DNA from: a virus
Direction: 5' to 3' (one strand)
DNA: 64,000 nt
IMG/VR virus record: IMGVR_UViG_3300013125_000002
Below the pieces are notes generated by a model. That model was given only the letters and a program-made list of their open reading frames with translations, did no database searches and was not told where the DNA came from. The translations under genes and the position numbers were made by a program. Numbering within the stretch: the stretch's first letter is position 1; each line of letters starts with the position of its first letter. Of the stretch, positions 33,642 through 44,228 are shown one piece after another.

Positions 33642-36600
33642 CTATCGAGTCTTCCAGATCGAGACGTTGACAAGGTTGCCATTGAGATAGTTGCTTCCGC
33701 CTCGCTGATACCCGAGGTAGAGGTTCGTTCCTCCACCATGCGTCCAGTTCGATGACGTACCTCCCGTGTACGTAGGCCACGGGCCCGCATAACTGGACTG
33801 AAATGTGTGACCAAACGACCGATGCGTAGCTCCTGCAGGATCAGTGTAGAAGGCATTCTGCGAATCGTAGATGAGAATCGCGCCGGTCGCAGAACCAGTC
33901 ACCAGGTTGGCCAGGCTCGGGTTCTGCTGGAGAACGTGGCTGGAGTTATAAAGAGAGGCATCGGCCGTCGGCAGCCTGATGTTGATCTCCCCATTCTGAT
34001 CGGCTCCGTCCTCGAACTGGAGCGCGTAGGCCCCGCTAGCTCCGGGCACAGCGGTAACACCGATCGCGCCCTGCACTCGGTCCCAGCCGGTCATGCTTGC
34101 CGATGCCACGTAGTTCGAGGTAGGACCAGAGCAGGTCGCCGTAGCATTGCCTGTGGTTGGACAGTGCAGTCCGGTAACCGGAGGCTGCTGTGCTTCTGCA
34201 GACCATAGGTAGAGTGCGATTGTCCCATTCACCCCTGCGTAGCTGTAGTTCGGATCTGCATCTGCAGAAGCCCCGCCGATATAGACGTTGAAGGCAGCCG
34301 CAGTTGCCGTCCAGTCGAAGCAGCACAAGCACCAGCCACCTCCGACCCCCGTGGCGGTGGCGTTGGTGGCACCCGCGTACATCGTTCCCGGCGTGCAGGT
34401 GGAAACATTGAAATAGCCATAAGGGCTCGTGTTGTTAGTCGTCTGCACGAAAACCCAGTTGCGGGTTCCCTTCTTTGCGTAGATGCAGTTCCTAGCCGTC
34501 GCTGCTGATGGGGCCACGGACGCAGCAGCTGTCACAACATAGTGGCCAGAGACGGATCCATCCTCGACTAGAGAGTCAGCTGTGAGTGTCCCATCGGGGG
34601 CTGCAACCGAGTTGGCAACAACAGTAGCTTGTCCGCCAGTCCAACTATTGAAAGCAGTGCCGTACTTGGTGAGGTTGGTGACGGAAGCAGCAACTGGCTG
34701 CCCAAGTCCGAGCCGTGCGTTACCAGGAACGCCAACTGCTGTAGAGGCATAGGCGTAGGGGTATTGGTTCGCGCCGAAGCAGGCGACCTGCATCCCGTCC
34801 GACTGGTGACTGCCAACATCAAAGCAGCTGGCATTCGCGCGAGCGTAGGTGATCAGACTGTTTGTCTTGGCTCCGAACTTAGCATAGCTGGCCACATCCG
34901 CGTCGGTCAGAGCATAGTTATTGGTTATCATCAGGCCGGCGATGTCAACTGTGGATATACCGGCGGCTCCCTCGCCGACATCAATCGCTACGTTGGGATT
35001 GCCAATCGCATTTGCAGCGGTGCGGGCAGCGCCGTTGCCGAAAGCGGCGCCGTCCTGACTGATCTGGGCATTCCAGTGAGCCCCGTCCCAGACAAGCTTC
35101 AGGGCAACCAGGTGCCAGCGGCTGTCGGCGATCCCTGCCGCGGTGGTAATGATTCCCAGGTCACCGAAGTAGGAAATCCAGTAGTCGTCAGGGTGGTACT
35201 GCAGCGAGACACCGTATGGCGAGCCAGCACCAAAGTGCCGGAAAACGTTGCGCCGGAAACCGGGGGCCGGTGCTGCCACTCTGATCCACGCAGCGATAGA
35301 CCAGGGCTGCGTCCCCGAGACGTTGGCCGTCGTGGTCGCAGCCGAGGAGAAGATGTCACTCGTCCCTGAGACACCGATAGCAGGCTTCGTCAACCCAGTG
35401 CCCATGGGGTATGGGAGATCCGCGAACTGCACGGTCGGAGCCGCAGCACCAAGCACCGTGAGGTGGTTTCCGTTGCCCGAATGATCCCGGAGCCCGATGC
35501 CTGCACCGACGCTCGCTTCGTTAAGGTAGAAGTGCCCGGCCGTGTAGGCGTCGTCCGTCCAGTACGCGCCCTGTTGCGTGCTCTGCTGGTACTCGGTCAG
35601 CACTTCGCCAGCGGTCATCGCCTTGTTGATCTCGACCTTCACTTCACCGATCTGGCCATTGAAGTAGGTCAAGGCCCCGCGAGCGCCCGAGCCGATCGCA
35701 AAAGCTTGCGTGTTTGCTAGCGATCCAGTTGCCGTCTGGACCCCGTTGGTGGTCGCTTGCGCAGCAGCGTTGAGATATAGGATCGGTTTGGCCCAGGTAG
35801 CACCACTCCTTGGGAATGCACAAACTGCATGTGTCCACTGTCCCGTCGGGATCGCAGCTACGTCCGCCGTATTCGAATAAGTGTAGTTTCCGCCTACGTC
35901 GAGGATCATGCAGGTCAGCTTGCAGGCGGAATTCAGATACATCGAGTACCCTTGCGTATAGGCTGAAATTGTCTGCGTGCTGACAACAGCGTCATAGTTC
36001 GAACAGGTCTTCGGGTTGATCAGCGTCGATACCGTCGCCCCATTGGTCGGGTTCCCGAATGCGAGTGGGGTTGTGCTCGGCGCCTTCACACCCATCGTGT
36101 TCGCGGCGACGAAGTTCATGCTCCGTCGGCCCTGCCCCCTTGCGAGCAGCCCAGTGAATGCTTGGTACCGAGGAGACCCCGTCGGCGCGAGCGCGATCCC
36201 ATTGATTCGATCGTAGAGCGAGCCGCCAAGCGCAGTCATATCCCAGATCCAGGTATTCGCCGCGAGCGCCCCGGCTGGCTTCTCGAATCGCGGGATGGCC
36301 TGGGCGTTGAGGTAGCCGGCCTCGGTATTCGAGATAGTGATCAAGTTGTCCGTGTCAGTTGCGCCTCGCTGGTCTGGCGAGGGCCGTGTGTAGAGCTCGA
36401 CTCGCGAGATAGCGCCGTAGGAACAGTTGGAGCCTGTTGGATCGCAGCCGACGCTGAGGACGGTCCCGTTCAGGTCACGCTGGCTCGGAGCTTGGTAGAG
36501 CAGGCCCGAGGTCGCGTTGTGATTGCGCGGGCTGATGATGACCGGCGCCACCTTGTTGTCGACCGTCATCGCCGCATAGGTCTTGGGTGAGGAGTTGATG

Positions 36601-38390
36601 CCAGCCGCAACGTCGGTGTCCCAGGCAAATCGATACTGGCGATAGGTAGTGGTGTAGCTGAGCGGCTTGGCTCGGGCCATGAACTCGATCCCGCCGCCCT
36701 GGTCGTAAAGGATGCCTACCGGTTCGATCCCGACGGTGAGCCGCGCCTGCTGCCCGACCTGCCAGATCGTGCGAGGTGAGGACGGGGCCGCGACCCACGG
36801 CGCCGAGGAGACATCGGACAGGACTTCACCTCGAGTAAGCGCCTGGGGCATGAGCGCGGTCGCGACGCTCCAGTCGATCGTGTAATAAGAAGCGTTGCAG
36901 GTCTGCGAGACGTTGCCTGCCGTCGAGGTGCAAGGGTCAGTGACGTTGTTCTGCTCGTACTGGGCCTCGGCAAGCGCCATAACGCAGCTTCCATGCGTGG
37001 TCGCATAGATCGCAATGCCCTTGTTGTGGGTCGCAGTCGAATCACAGGCCGTGTAGCGCGTCCAAGTAGCTGCGTCGGTGAACGCCGTCGTTGTCCCCGC
37101 ATGCGACGTGTCGGCATAGAAGCCCACCCCGACACAGGTCCCCGAGATCTTCCTTGCATAGATGCTGGCGCACCAGCGCTCACCCGCGGCGATGGTTGCA
37201 ACTCCAGCCGCGACAGCCTTCGTCAAGCTCTGTGTGTCCGCCGAGAAGGTCAGAGAGTCAGCGGTCATCGATCCGTCGGGTGCTTCGTAGCCATTCGCCG
37301 CGACAACAGCGCCACTCACCGTCCACTTGCCCGCGCCCGACTGGTCAAGGTTATTAGGATAGCCGATGTCGTTGGTCGTCGAAGGGCTTCGCGGAAACCC
37401 CAGCCCCGCCGGGTTCGCCGTGCTGACCAATGTCGCATCGTAGCTTGCCGGCCACTGACCCGCAGCGTAGACGCCGAGCCGCTGGCCGAGGCTGTCCGAA
37501 GGGAGAATGCGCTTGGTCGTAGTCGTCTGGCTGTAGGTGATTCCGGTCGGGACCTTGAAAGCTTTGTACCACGTCCCGATTTCCGTCGTAGTGATCAGTC
37601 CGTCGGCGATCAGCGCTTCGGCCACGCTGCCGTTAAGGTAGTTGCCTCCCGCGTTGCTGTATCTGCCCAGCGTGAGATTGCCGTTATTCGTGACAGACCC
37701 CGAGACTGAAGACACGTCGATCGGAGACCCCACATCCTGATTGTCGATACTGAGAACCGCCGTCGAGGCACGATTGACTCGCACTACGATCAGATGCCAA
37801 CCGGGTGCGATAGCCGACGCTCCGAAAGCCGAGTTGATGGTGTGGGCCCCGTCGCTCAGGTACAACGTGGGGTTGATCGCCCCGTACAATTCGAACCCGG
37901 TACCGCCACCTGGACTGGTTCGCTTGCTGAAGAACCGATCACCCGCTTGCGTTGCGTTAACCAGCCCCCACCAGGCCATGGTGAAGTTGCCGGTTGTGAT
38001 GTCCCCGACCGTGCTGCTTGATGCGGCGAAGAGGGCGTCTGTCCCATTGAATCCAATCGCCTTCCGCGTGAAGCCGGCACTCATCGGAATCGGGGTGAAG
38101 AGCGAGTAGGTGGGCGAACCCGACGCGGTGAGCACCGCTGAGTCCCCGGAGAGGTCATCGGTGATGTTGCCCGACGCCTCCTGCATCTTCCAGCGCCATG
38201 CCTTCGACGCTGCCGCAGGCTTGCTCATCCAGTCCTGAGCCTGTTTGTTGAAGTACGTGATCGAGTCGTGGCGGTAGCCGGCGAGGAGCGAGTATCCGAC
38301 AGGTTGCTGCGAAGGCCAAAGCACGACAGCCGCAGCTGCGCCGATGGCAGCAATCGCAGCACTGTAGATGACGTAGCGGTAGCGGTTCAT
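33642..38390 (-). CDS. Large LamG/concanavalin-like multidomain protein with N-terminal signal/anchor (paralog B)
   Basis: 1582 aa with three LamG-like blocks (W...E.SG; WHL(I/V); GQWTHAV) and two APDG(S/T)xTADSL fibre-domain motifs. Basic plus hydrophobic N-terminus. Confidence 0.75.
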   Translation of the reverse strand: MNRYRYVIYSAAIAAIGAAAAVVLWPSQQPVGYSLLAGYRHDSITYFNKQAQDWMSKPAAASKAWRWKMQEASGNITDDLSGDSAVLTASGSPTYSLFTPIPMSAGFTRKAIGFNGTDALFAASSSTVGDITTGNFTMAWWGLVNATQAGDRFFSKRTSPGGGTGFELYGAINPTLYLSDGAHTINSAFGASAIAPGWHLIVVRVNRASTAVLSIDNQDVGSPIDVSSVSGSVTNNGNLTLGRYSNAGGNYLNGSVAEALIADGLITTTEIGTWYKAFKVPTGITYSQTTTTKRILPSDSLGQRLGVYAAGQWPASYDATLVSTANPAGLGFPRSPSTTNDIGYPNNLDQSGAGKWTVSGAVVAANGYEAPDGSMTADSLTFSADTQSLTKAVAAGVATIAAGERWCASIYARKISGTCVGVGFYADTSHAGTTTAFTDAATWTRYTACDSTATHNKGIAIYATTHGSCVMALAEAQYEQNNVTDPCTSTAGNVSQTCNASYYTIDWSVATALMPQALTRGEVLSDVSSAPWVAAPSSPRTIWQVGQQARLTVGIEPVGILYDQGGGIEFMARAKPLSYTTTYRQYRFAWDTDVAAGINSSPKTYAAMTVDNKVAPVIISPRNHNATSGLLYQAPSQRDLNGTVLSVGCDPTGSNCSYGAISRVELYTRPSPDQRGATDTDNLITISNTEAGYLNAQAIPRFEKPAGALAANTWIWDMTALGGSLYDRINGIALAPTGSPRYQAFTGLLARGQGRRSMNFVAANTMGVKAPSTTPLAFGNPTNGATVSTLINPKTCSNYDAVVSTQTISAYTQGYSMYLNSACKLTCMILDVGGNYTYSNTADVAAIPTGQWTHAVCAFPRSGATWAKPILYLNAAAQATTNGVQTATGSLANTQAFAIGSGARGALTYFNGQIGEVKVEINKAMTAGEVLTEYQQSTQQGAYWTDDAYTAGHFYLNEASVGAGIGLRDHSGNGNHLTVLGAAAPTVQFADLPYPMGTGLTKPAIGVSGTSDIFSSAATTTANVSGTQPWSIAAWIRVAAPAPGFRRNVFRHFGAGSPYGVSLQYHPDDYWISYFGDLGIITTAAGIADSRWHLVALKLVWDGAHWNAQISQDGAAFGNGAARTAANAIGNPNVAIDVGEGAAGISTVDIAGLMITNNYALTDADVASYAKFGAKTNSLITYARANASCFDVGSHQSDGMQVACFGANQYPYAYASTAVGVPGNARLGLGQPVAASVTNLTKYGTAFNSWTGGQATVVANSVAAPDGTLTADSLVEDGSVSGHYVVTAAASVAPSAATARNCIYAKKGTRNWVFVQTTNNTSPYGYFNVSTCTPGTMYAGATNATATGVGGGWCLCCFDWTATAAAFNVYIGGASADADPNYSYAGVNGTIALYLWSAEAQQPPVTGLHCPTTGNATATCSGPTSNYVASASMTGWDRVQGAIGVTAVPGASGAYALQFEDGADQNGEINIRLPTADASLYNSSHVLQQNPSLANLVTGSATGAILIYDSQNAFYTDPAGATHRSFGHTFQSSYAGPWPTYTGGTSSNWTHGGGTNLYLGYQRGGSNYLNGNLVNVSIWKTR

Positions 38391-38393
38391 GAG

Positions 38394-41300
38394 TTACCTG
38401 GTCTTCCAGATTGAAGTACGAACATGCAGACCATTGATCGTGTTACTAGCAGCGTTGTCCATCCCGAGATAGAGATTCGTCCCTGCAGCGGGAGTCCAGT
38501 TTGCAGTCGTGTCGGTCGAGTACGTGTCGAACTCGCCCGCGTAGCTCGACTGCTGCGAAACTGCGTAGGCCCGACGAGTTGTTGAATAGAACGCAGATTG
38601 CGAGTCGTAAGCCAGGATCACTCCGGTAGCCAAACTCGTCTGTGCGTTCGTCAAACGCACGTCCTGCTGCAGAACACCTGTCGAGCTGTACAAGAGAGCT
38701 TGGTTGGTCGGAGCTACGAGTCTGATTGCTCCATTCAGATCAGAGCCGTCATGGAGATCGAAAGCGTAGCCAGTCGCGTTGGTCGGAACTGTTACCGACG
38801 AGATCGTTCCTTGCGAGCGAGTCCAACCAGTTAGGTTTGCAGCCGCCACGTAGTTGCTGCTCGTGGCGTTGCAAGTCGCAGATGCAGTGGTTGTTGGGCA
38901 GTAAACACCAGGCCACGAGGCTGTTGCCGTGAGCGAAGCTCCCCACCAGTACACACTCTGGCCGTTGGTGGTGATCTTTGTTTCGATACGAGTATCATTG
39001 AGGACAGCCGCTCCAGAGACGCAGAAGCGTTGCCAAGCATTCGTCGCTGTGAATGCGGTGGTTGCGATCTCGCTGTTGTCACTATTCTTGACCAGGCGGA
39101 CAAAGCCAGCGACATCAGCAGCACCATTGCGCCTGAGATACTGGCAGTAGGTGTGCGTCGCTGCTGCAATCGTCCCGAACGCTTGTCGAAGATCACCATT
39201 GCCCGCGCTCGCAGTCACCGTGTCAGCAGTCGTGGTGCCGTCCGGTGCACTCGCTGTGTTCGCGGTGGCAGTGACGTTGGTCTTGACCCAGGTCGTTGTG
39301 GCGTCGTGGCTCTGCAGAGCAAGATTTGTCACTGCCGCATTAACAGGCTCACCAACAGTCCATCGCTCGTTGCCAGGAACACCAGCCACGCTACTGTAAG
39401 CCATCGGATAAGCGCTGGCTGGATAGCAACCAACTTGGATGCCGTCAACTGGATGGACGCCCTGTGTGTAGCAAGCGGTGTTGGTCCGTGCGTAGGTGAC
39501 TGCGCTACTGGTCTTCGTGCCGAAGACAGCATTCCAGTATGCAAGCACATCCGCATCAGTGAGGGCGTAGTTGGTGGCGCACATCGCACCAGCAACTTCG
39601 ACCATCACTGTCGCTTTGTAGACTACAGGTATGCCCAGTATGCTCGTGTTCTGACCAGCATCGCCACTGATAGTGGTGCCTGCAACGAAAGCAGCGCCAT
39701 CAAGGGAGATGTAAGGCGTCCAGTCGTTGCCACTCTTGGTTGCCTTGACAGCAACGAGATGCCATCGACCATCGCGGATGTTGGTGTTGATCCGCGTTAC
39801 ACAATAAACGGTATTGACACCCCACCAAAAGGTGGGCTTGCCGCAGCTAGCTCCTCGATCAGAGATGATACCCCAATCATCAGCAGCTACTTGGTCCTTG
39901 TACATCAGGTAGACGCCACCGCCTGCAGCATCGTCTGCGCACGTGCTGTCCGGAGTAATACGAGCCCAGACTGCAGCCGAGAACGACTGACCGTCAACCG
40001 GCTTGCATGTGCCAATATCGCTTGCCTCCGTATAGCTCGTCACAGTTCCAGCGGAGCTACCGAGGCTCGAGATAGCAGGCATCCAGTTGCCTTGCGGCCA
40101 AGGCATGTCTGCGTACTGCGGATCAGGAGTGCCAGAGACCGTAGAGAGATGCCCTGCAGTTACCGAATGATCTCGTACACCAACCCCAGCAGTGATCGCC
40201 CCCTCGTTCATCTTGTAGTGAGCTACAGAGTCCGATGTTTCGCGCCAGTATTGTCCTGTCTGGAATGAGCGAAGGTAGTCCGTCTTGACTGTGGTGTCGC
40301 TGTATGCACCACCTGCAAGAACCTGAACCTCGTGAACCTGGCCCGTAAGATAGTTGGCTCCGATTGATCCGAGACGTACCAAGCCTGTGTTAGCAAGGGT
40401 GCCTGTCGGATTCGTGCCTGAACAGGTAGTCGATAGTGTCACGTCACCGTAGTACAGCTTGGGATCGTCCCACGTCCCTGCAGTCTTGTTCAGACGACAA
40501 ACGATGTGACGCAGCTTGTACCCGGTCAGGGAGTTGACACTTGCCGGCCCGTGATAGCAGATGCGAGCGTTGGTACCGTCAGAAATGGCGCAGTAGTAGC
40601 GAGGATTGTTGGTAGTCCAAAGTCCATATCCCGCAACAGACGCATCCATCGTGTTGCCAACGATGCCCTGAGTTGCTGCGGAAGTGGGGTCATGTGAAAC
40701 GAGTGCTTGGATAACTGCACTCGTGGCAGTGCCGATAGATGCTGTTGAGTTGGCTGCAGCTTCGACATATTCGTTAGAAGCCCCAATGAACTGCACACCT
40801 CGTCGACCTTGGCCGCGAGCAATGAAACCTGACCAACGCTGATTCTTGTACGGAGGGTTGGTTGTGGTTCCGCCACTCTGCAAAGCAGCGTTGTGCAGTA
40901 CGTCAGTGACCTTCGCAGAATGCGAGACACCAGGATGCCAAATCCATGTGCTCGCAGTCGCTGATCCTGCTGGTTTCCACAGTAAGCCTGTGGCCAACGC
41001 AGGTGCTGCACTGAGATAATCGGCCTCCGTGTTACCGACAGAGATCACGTTGTCTGTGGTTGCTGTACGTGCTGAACTCTCCGGGCGGCCCCACACCTGA
41101 ACATCGATCAGGGAACTGTAGGAGCAGTTGTTCCCGTCAGCATCGCAGCCCAGAGTGAGTACGTGTTGGTTGTAGTCTTTGGTGGTGGGGAGATCAGGAG
41201 TGAGCCCCGTGGTTGGTGCTGCCATCCGAGCATGGAGAGCAGTCGGCATACGCTGGCTGTCTTTGAAAAACGCAGCATAAGCCTGAGAGTTAGTCACACC

Positions 41301-43049
41301 AGCTTGGTAATCCCAAGCAAGCGCATACGTGTGCTCACCAGTTACTGCAACAGGCTTGGCGATGGACGAGAACTCTAGACCCCCACCCTGATTGAACAAC
41401 ATACCGACGGGAATATCGCCATAAGCCAACTTGGCAAATCGCCCCAACATGAGCGCAACACGCGAAGTAGGTGATCCTACCCAAGGACGATCCACAACGG
41501 TTGCCGAAATCTCACCACGAGTGATGGTGCTTGGCATCAGGGTGTTGTTGATCTCTGTTGTGACCTGAGCATAGATCTTATCACAGGTCTGACTGGCATC
41601 CCCCACTGTAGTAGTGCAAGGATCGGTTACGTTGTTTTGCTGGTATTGAGCATCTGCCGCATGAACTGTGCAATCAGTGCCGTAGATACCCAACTGCTTG
41701 GCTTGGCCAGCATTCGTGCAGCAAGCACTGTAGTGAGCCCAAGAAGTCGTCAAATTGAAAGTAGTCGGCCATCCGATACCACCAGCACAAGCCGCAGTTA
41801 CCGATGGGCAACCACCTACACTCGACTTCTTGAGAAAGAGTGATCCGCACCAACGCTCGCCAGGTGCAATGACCCCTCCCCCAACAGCTGCCTTGTAGAT
41901 ATAGGCCCCATCACCATCGAAAGTCACTGCATCTGCGTTCATCGCCCCATCTGGAGCTTCCACGCTGTTAACTACGACAGTCACTCCAGAAGCGTCAGTC
42001 GACCATTGATCGAATTCATTGACGCGACCGAGTATATTGATCACCTGGGGCGAAGTACGAAATCCAGTTTGGAGAGGATTCCCCAGGGTACTGGCACCGC
42101 TGTCGTAGATCGCATGCCACTGGCCGGGGGCATAAACACCGAGCCCCGACGCCGAGACAGGTGCTTTCACAGTCGACGCTTGCGTGTATGTCACAGCCGG
42201 CGAGGTCGGCACTTTGAAGGCTTTGTACCAAGCTCGATTCTCGGCAAGGGTAGTCACGCCATTGGCGATGAGAACCTCACTCAACCCACCAGCGAACCAA
42301 TTAGCACCGCCGGTATCGGATCCGATGTTCAACGGGATAGCTGATGTTAATGATCCGCTACGTGCTGAGATGTCGAAGGTCACACCACCATCAACACCGT
42401 CGATGTAGGCAGTGGCGTTGCTTGCGCGAGTGAAGACAACGGTAACTAGGTGCCAGCCTGGGGTCAGCACACCGGTTACTGTCCCCGAAGCGAGGACCCC
42501 ATCTCCTACTTGAACACCAAGGGTTGTAGTACCAGCAAGAACTCGGATCGACCAGCCCGTGTTTCCAGTACGCTTGTCGATGATCCACTGATCTCCTGCA
42601 GGTGCTTCAAGGATTCTGATCCAGAAGCTCGCTGAGAAGTTGTTAGTGGTTTGATCCGCTACTGTGTTGTTCCCAGCTATGAACCTCGAGTCGGTGCCGT
42701 TGAACCAAATCGCCTTGCGAGTCCACCCTGCTGTTGTGGGAATGGGAGTGAACAGGGCATAGGCAGGAGTTCCTGCAGCAGTTAGAACTGCTGCATCACC
42801 ACTAAGATCGTCGGAGAGATTACCGGAGGTCTCCTGAGTCTTCCAACGATGCGTCTTGGTAGCCGCCGCCGGGGCCGTCAGCCAACCCTGAGCTTGACGT
42901 GTCAGATGAGCTGGTGACCTCATCTCAAGTCGACCAAGAAGCGGGCGCTCAGGTTGAGGATTAGACCCCTTGTATGTGATCCCTACTGCTGCTGTGGCCA
43001 GCACAGTGGCAGCAACAGTCGGTTTCCAGTTGCGGGTAAGCCAACTCAT
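38394..43049 (-). CDS. Large LamG/concanavalin-like multidomain protein with N-terminal signal/anchor (paralog A)
   Basis: 1551 aa, collinear with 33642-38390 (DDLSGD, WYKAFKVP, GERWC, QNNVTDPC, GCD..G.NCSY, GQGRR). Both end SIWKTR. Confidence 0.75.
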   Translation of the reverse strand: MSWLTRNWKPTVAATVLATAAVGITYKGSNPQPERPLLGRLEMRSPAHLTRQAQGWLTAPAAATKTHRWKTQETSGNLSDDLSGDAAVLTAAGTPAYALFTPIPTTAGWTRKAIWFNGTDSRFIAGNNTVADQTTNNFSASFWIRILEAPAGDQWIIDKRTGNTGWSIRVLAGTTTLGVQVGDGVLASGTVTGVLTPGWHLVTVVFTRASNATAYIDGVDGGVTFDISARSGSLTSAIPLNIGSDTGGANWFAGGLSEVLIANGVTTLAENRAWYKAFKVPTSPAVTYTQASTVKAPVSASGLGVYAPGQWHAIYDSGASTLGNPLQTGFRTSPQVINILGRVNEFDQWSTDASGVTVVVNSVEAPDGAMNADAVTFDGDGAYIYKAAVGGGVIAPGERWCGSLFLKKSSVGGCPSVTAACAGGIGWPTTFNLTTSWAHYSACCTNAGQAKQLGIYGTDCTVHAADAQYQQNNVTDPCTTTVGDASQTCDKIYAQVTTEINNTLMPSTITRGEISATVVDRPWVGSPTSRVALMLGRFAKLAYGDIPVGMLFNQGGGLEFSSIAKPVAVTGEHTYALAWDYQAGVTNSQAYAAFFKDSQRMPTALHARMAAPTTGLTPDLPTTKDYNQHVLTLGCDADGNNCSYSSLIDVQVWGRPESSARTATTDNVISVGNTEADYLSAAPALATGLLWKPAGSATASTWIWHPGVSHSAKVTDVLHNAALQSGGTTTNPPYKNQRWSGFIARGQGRRGVQFIGASNEYVEAAANSTASIGTATSAVIQALVSHDPTSAATQGIVGNTMDASVAGYGLWTTNNPRYYCAISDGTNARICYHGPASVNSLTGYKLRHIVCRLNKTAGTWDDPKLYYGDVTLSTTCSGTNPTGTLANTGLVRLGSIGANYLTGQVHEVQVLAGGAYSDTTVKTDYLRSFQTGQYWRETSDSVAHYKMNEGAITAGVGVRDHSVTAGHLSTVSGTPDPQYADMPWPQGNWMPAISSLGSSAGTVTSYTEASDIGTCKPVDGQSFSAAVWARITPDSTCADDAAGGGVYLMYKDQVAADDWGIISDRGASCGKPTFWWGVNTVYCVTRINTNIRDGRWHLVAVKATKSGNDWTPYISLDGAAFVAGTTISGDAGQNTSILGIPVVYKATVMVEVAGAMCATNYALTDADVLAYWNAVFGTKTSSAVTYARTNTACYTQGVHPVDGIQVGCYPASAYPMAYSSVAGVPGNERWTVGEPVNAAVTNLALQSHDATTTWVKTNVTATANTASAPDGTTTADTVTASAGNGDLRQAFGTIAAATHTYCQYLRRNGAADVAGFVRLVKNSDNSEIATTAFTATNAWQRFCVSGAAVLNDTRIETKITTNGQSVYWWGASLTATASWPGVYCPTTTASATCNATSSNYVAAANLTGWTRSQGTISSVTVPTNATGYAFDLHDGSDLNGAIRLVAPTNQALLYSSTGVLQQDVRLTNAQTSLATGVILAYDSQSAFYSTTRRAYAVSQQSSYAGEFDTYSTDTTANWTPAAGTNLYLGMDNAASNTINGLHVRTSIWKTR

Positions 43050-43061
43050 CGAAGGACCTCG

Positions 43062-43814
43062 CTAGTTGATCAGAAGCAGCTTCCAACGACCAGCTGGGTT
43101 GCCAGCTATAGTCCGTGAGCGGACATATAGTGTCGTTTGGGAGTCAGAGCAGATCTGTACTCGATCTCCGGTCTGGATGAAGTCTCCCGTGTCATCATCA
43201 CCTGGAGCTACACCCAGATTGTAGTTGCCAAAGAGCAGATCACTCAGAAGAGCCCCAGCTGACCAGTTCGGATCAGCACGAAGCTCGTACAGTCTGTCAG
43301 CCTCCAGAACCCAGTGATCAGAACCCGCCCCTCCCCCCGCTACAGTCGTCACATCGGTTGCAGCCCCCGCACTAGAAAGAACTGGAGTTCTGTGGGGGCC
43401 AGATGGCTGAAGATCATCAGCTAGTGCTGCATCCCCCGCGATCACATCACAGGCAAAGAGAGTTGTCGCAAAACCACCTGCCCCAAATCCACGCACAGCG
43501 ATCTGAACGTAGTTGTCCAAGATCGGAAACGACAGACGCTTGGCGTAGTCACCTGTGAGGTGCTTGACCAAAGTCCCCGTCCCCTTTCGGGGGACCATTT
43601 GATCCGCACTGAAGCCATAAAGGAACTGGAACTCTACCCAATCAGCAGCCCCCAAAACCATGGTGATGTAAGCAGTGAGTTGAGTCAGCCCTCGGATATA
43701 GAGAGGCTCACTATACTGCCAGGCTGTAGTTACCGGCTGGGTAGGACTGGTGAGACCAAACCAGTGATTCTGCTGAATGGTGGAATCGTGAACAAGGCGG
43801 CCTTTAGGTTCCAT
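43062..43814 (-). CDS. Hypothetical protein, probably virion-associated
   Basis: 250 aa with a GAGG RBS, in the structural cluster. Confidence 0.5.
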   Translation of the reverse strand: MEPKGRLVHDSTIQQNHWFGLTSPTQPVTTAWQYSEPLYIRGLTQLTAYITMVLGAADWVEFQFLYGFSADQMVPRKGTGTLVKHLTGDYAKRLSFPILDNYVQIAVRGFGAGGFATTLFACDVIAGDAALADDLQPSGPHRTPVLSSAGAATDVTTVAGGGAGSDHWVLEADRLYELRADPNWSAGALLSDLLFGNYNLGVAPGDDDTGDFIQTGDRVQICSDSQTTLYVRSRTIAGNPAGRWKLLLIN

Positions 43815-43964
43815 GATTAACCTCTGCTCGTGGACACAAGGAGGCCACGTTGTCCAACATCACCACTTCAGCGAATCGGCCTCCGCAAGTTCCTCTCTTG
43901 GTGCATTTAGCTACCCGGATATGATCCTTCAGAGAGGAGTTCGTTTGCCAACAACCAACCTCGA

Positions 43965-44213
43965 CTAGGTGGCAGTCGGAGCAGGCGCCAGCGGGATCTG
44001 CGGATTGACCTCAAGCTTGCAGACCGTGTTCTGGAGGGCTGTCTCAGCCGTGGTGGCCTTGGTCTGCAGATCACCCACAAACCCCGCTGCTGACTTCAGG
44101 GCAGTGACCAGATCACCCACCACATCGAGCAGGTGGTTGTAGTTGCTGATCAGCTGAGCCACTTCCTGGGAGCCAAGGTCACCGACCACCTTCTGTGTCT
44201 TGAACGTTGCCAT
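43965..44213 (-). CDS. Small putative capsid-associated protein
   Basis: 82 aa helical protein with an AGGAG RBS, two genes after the capsid. Confidence 0.55.
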   Translation of the reverse strand: MATFKTQKVVGDLGSQEVAQLISNYNHLLDVVGDLVTALKSAAGFVGDLQTKATTAETALQNTVCKLEVNPQIPLAPAPTAT

Positions 44214-44228
44214 CTCTTCGATCTCCTG

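Noticed and set aside
33642-43049. Diversity-generating retroelement template/variable repeat pair between the LamG paralogs
   Set aside because: Similarity is gene-wide at protein level rather than a near-identical ~100-bp repeat with adenine-specific mismatches, and there is no reverse transcriptase in the window.
43815-43964. c-di-GMP riboswitch or hammerhead ribozyme (GGCAAAC and CUGAAG present)
   Set aside because: The remaining consensus elements (GAAA tetraloop stem with GCAAAG; CUGANGA...GAAA) are missing. Kept only as an unassigned structured region.
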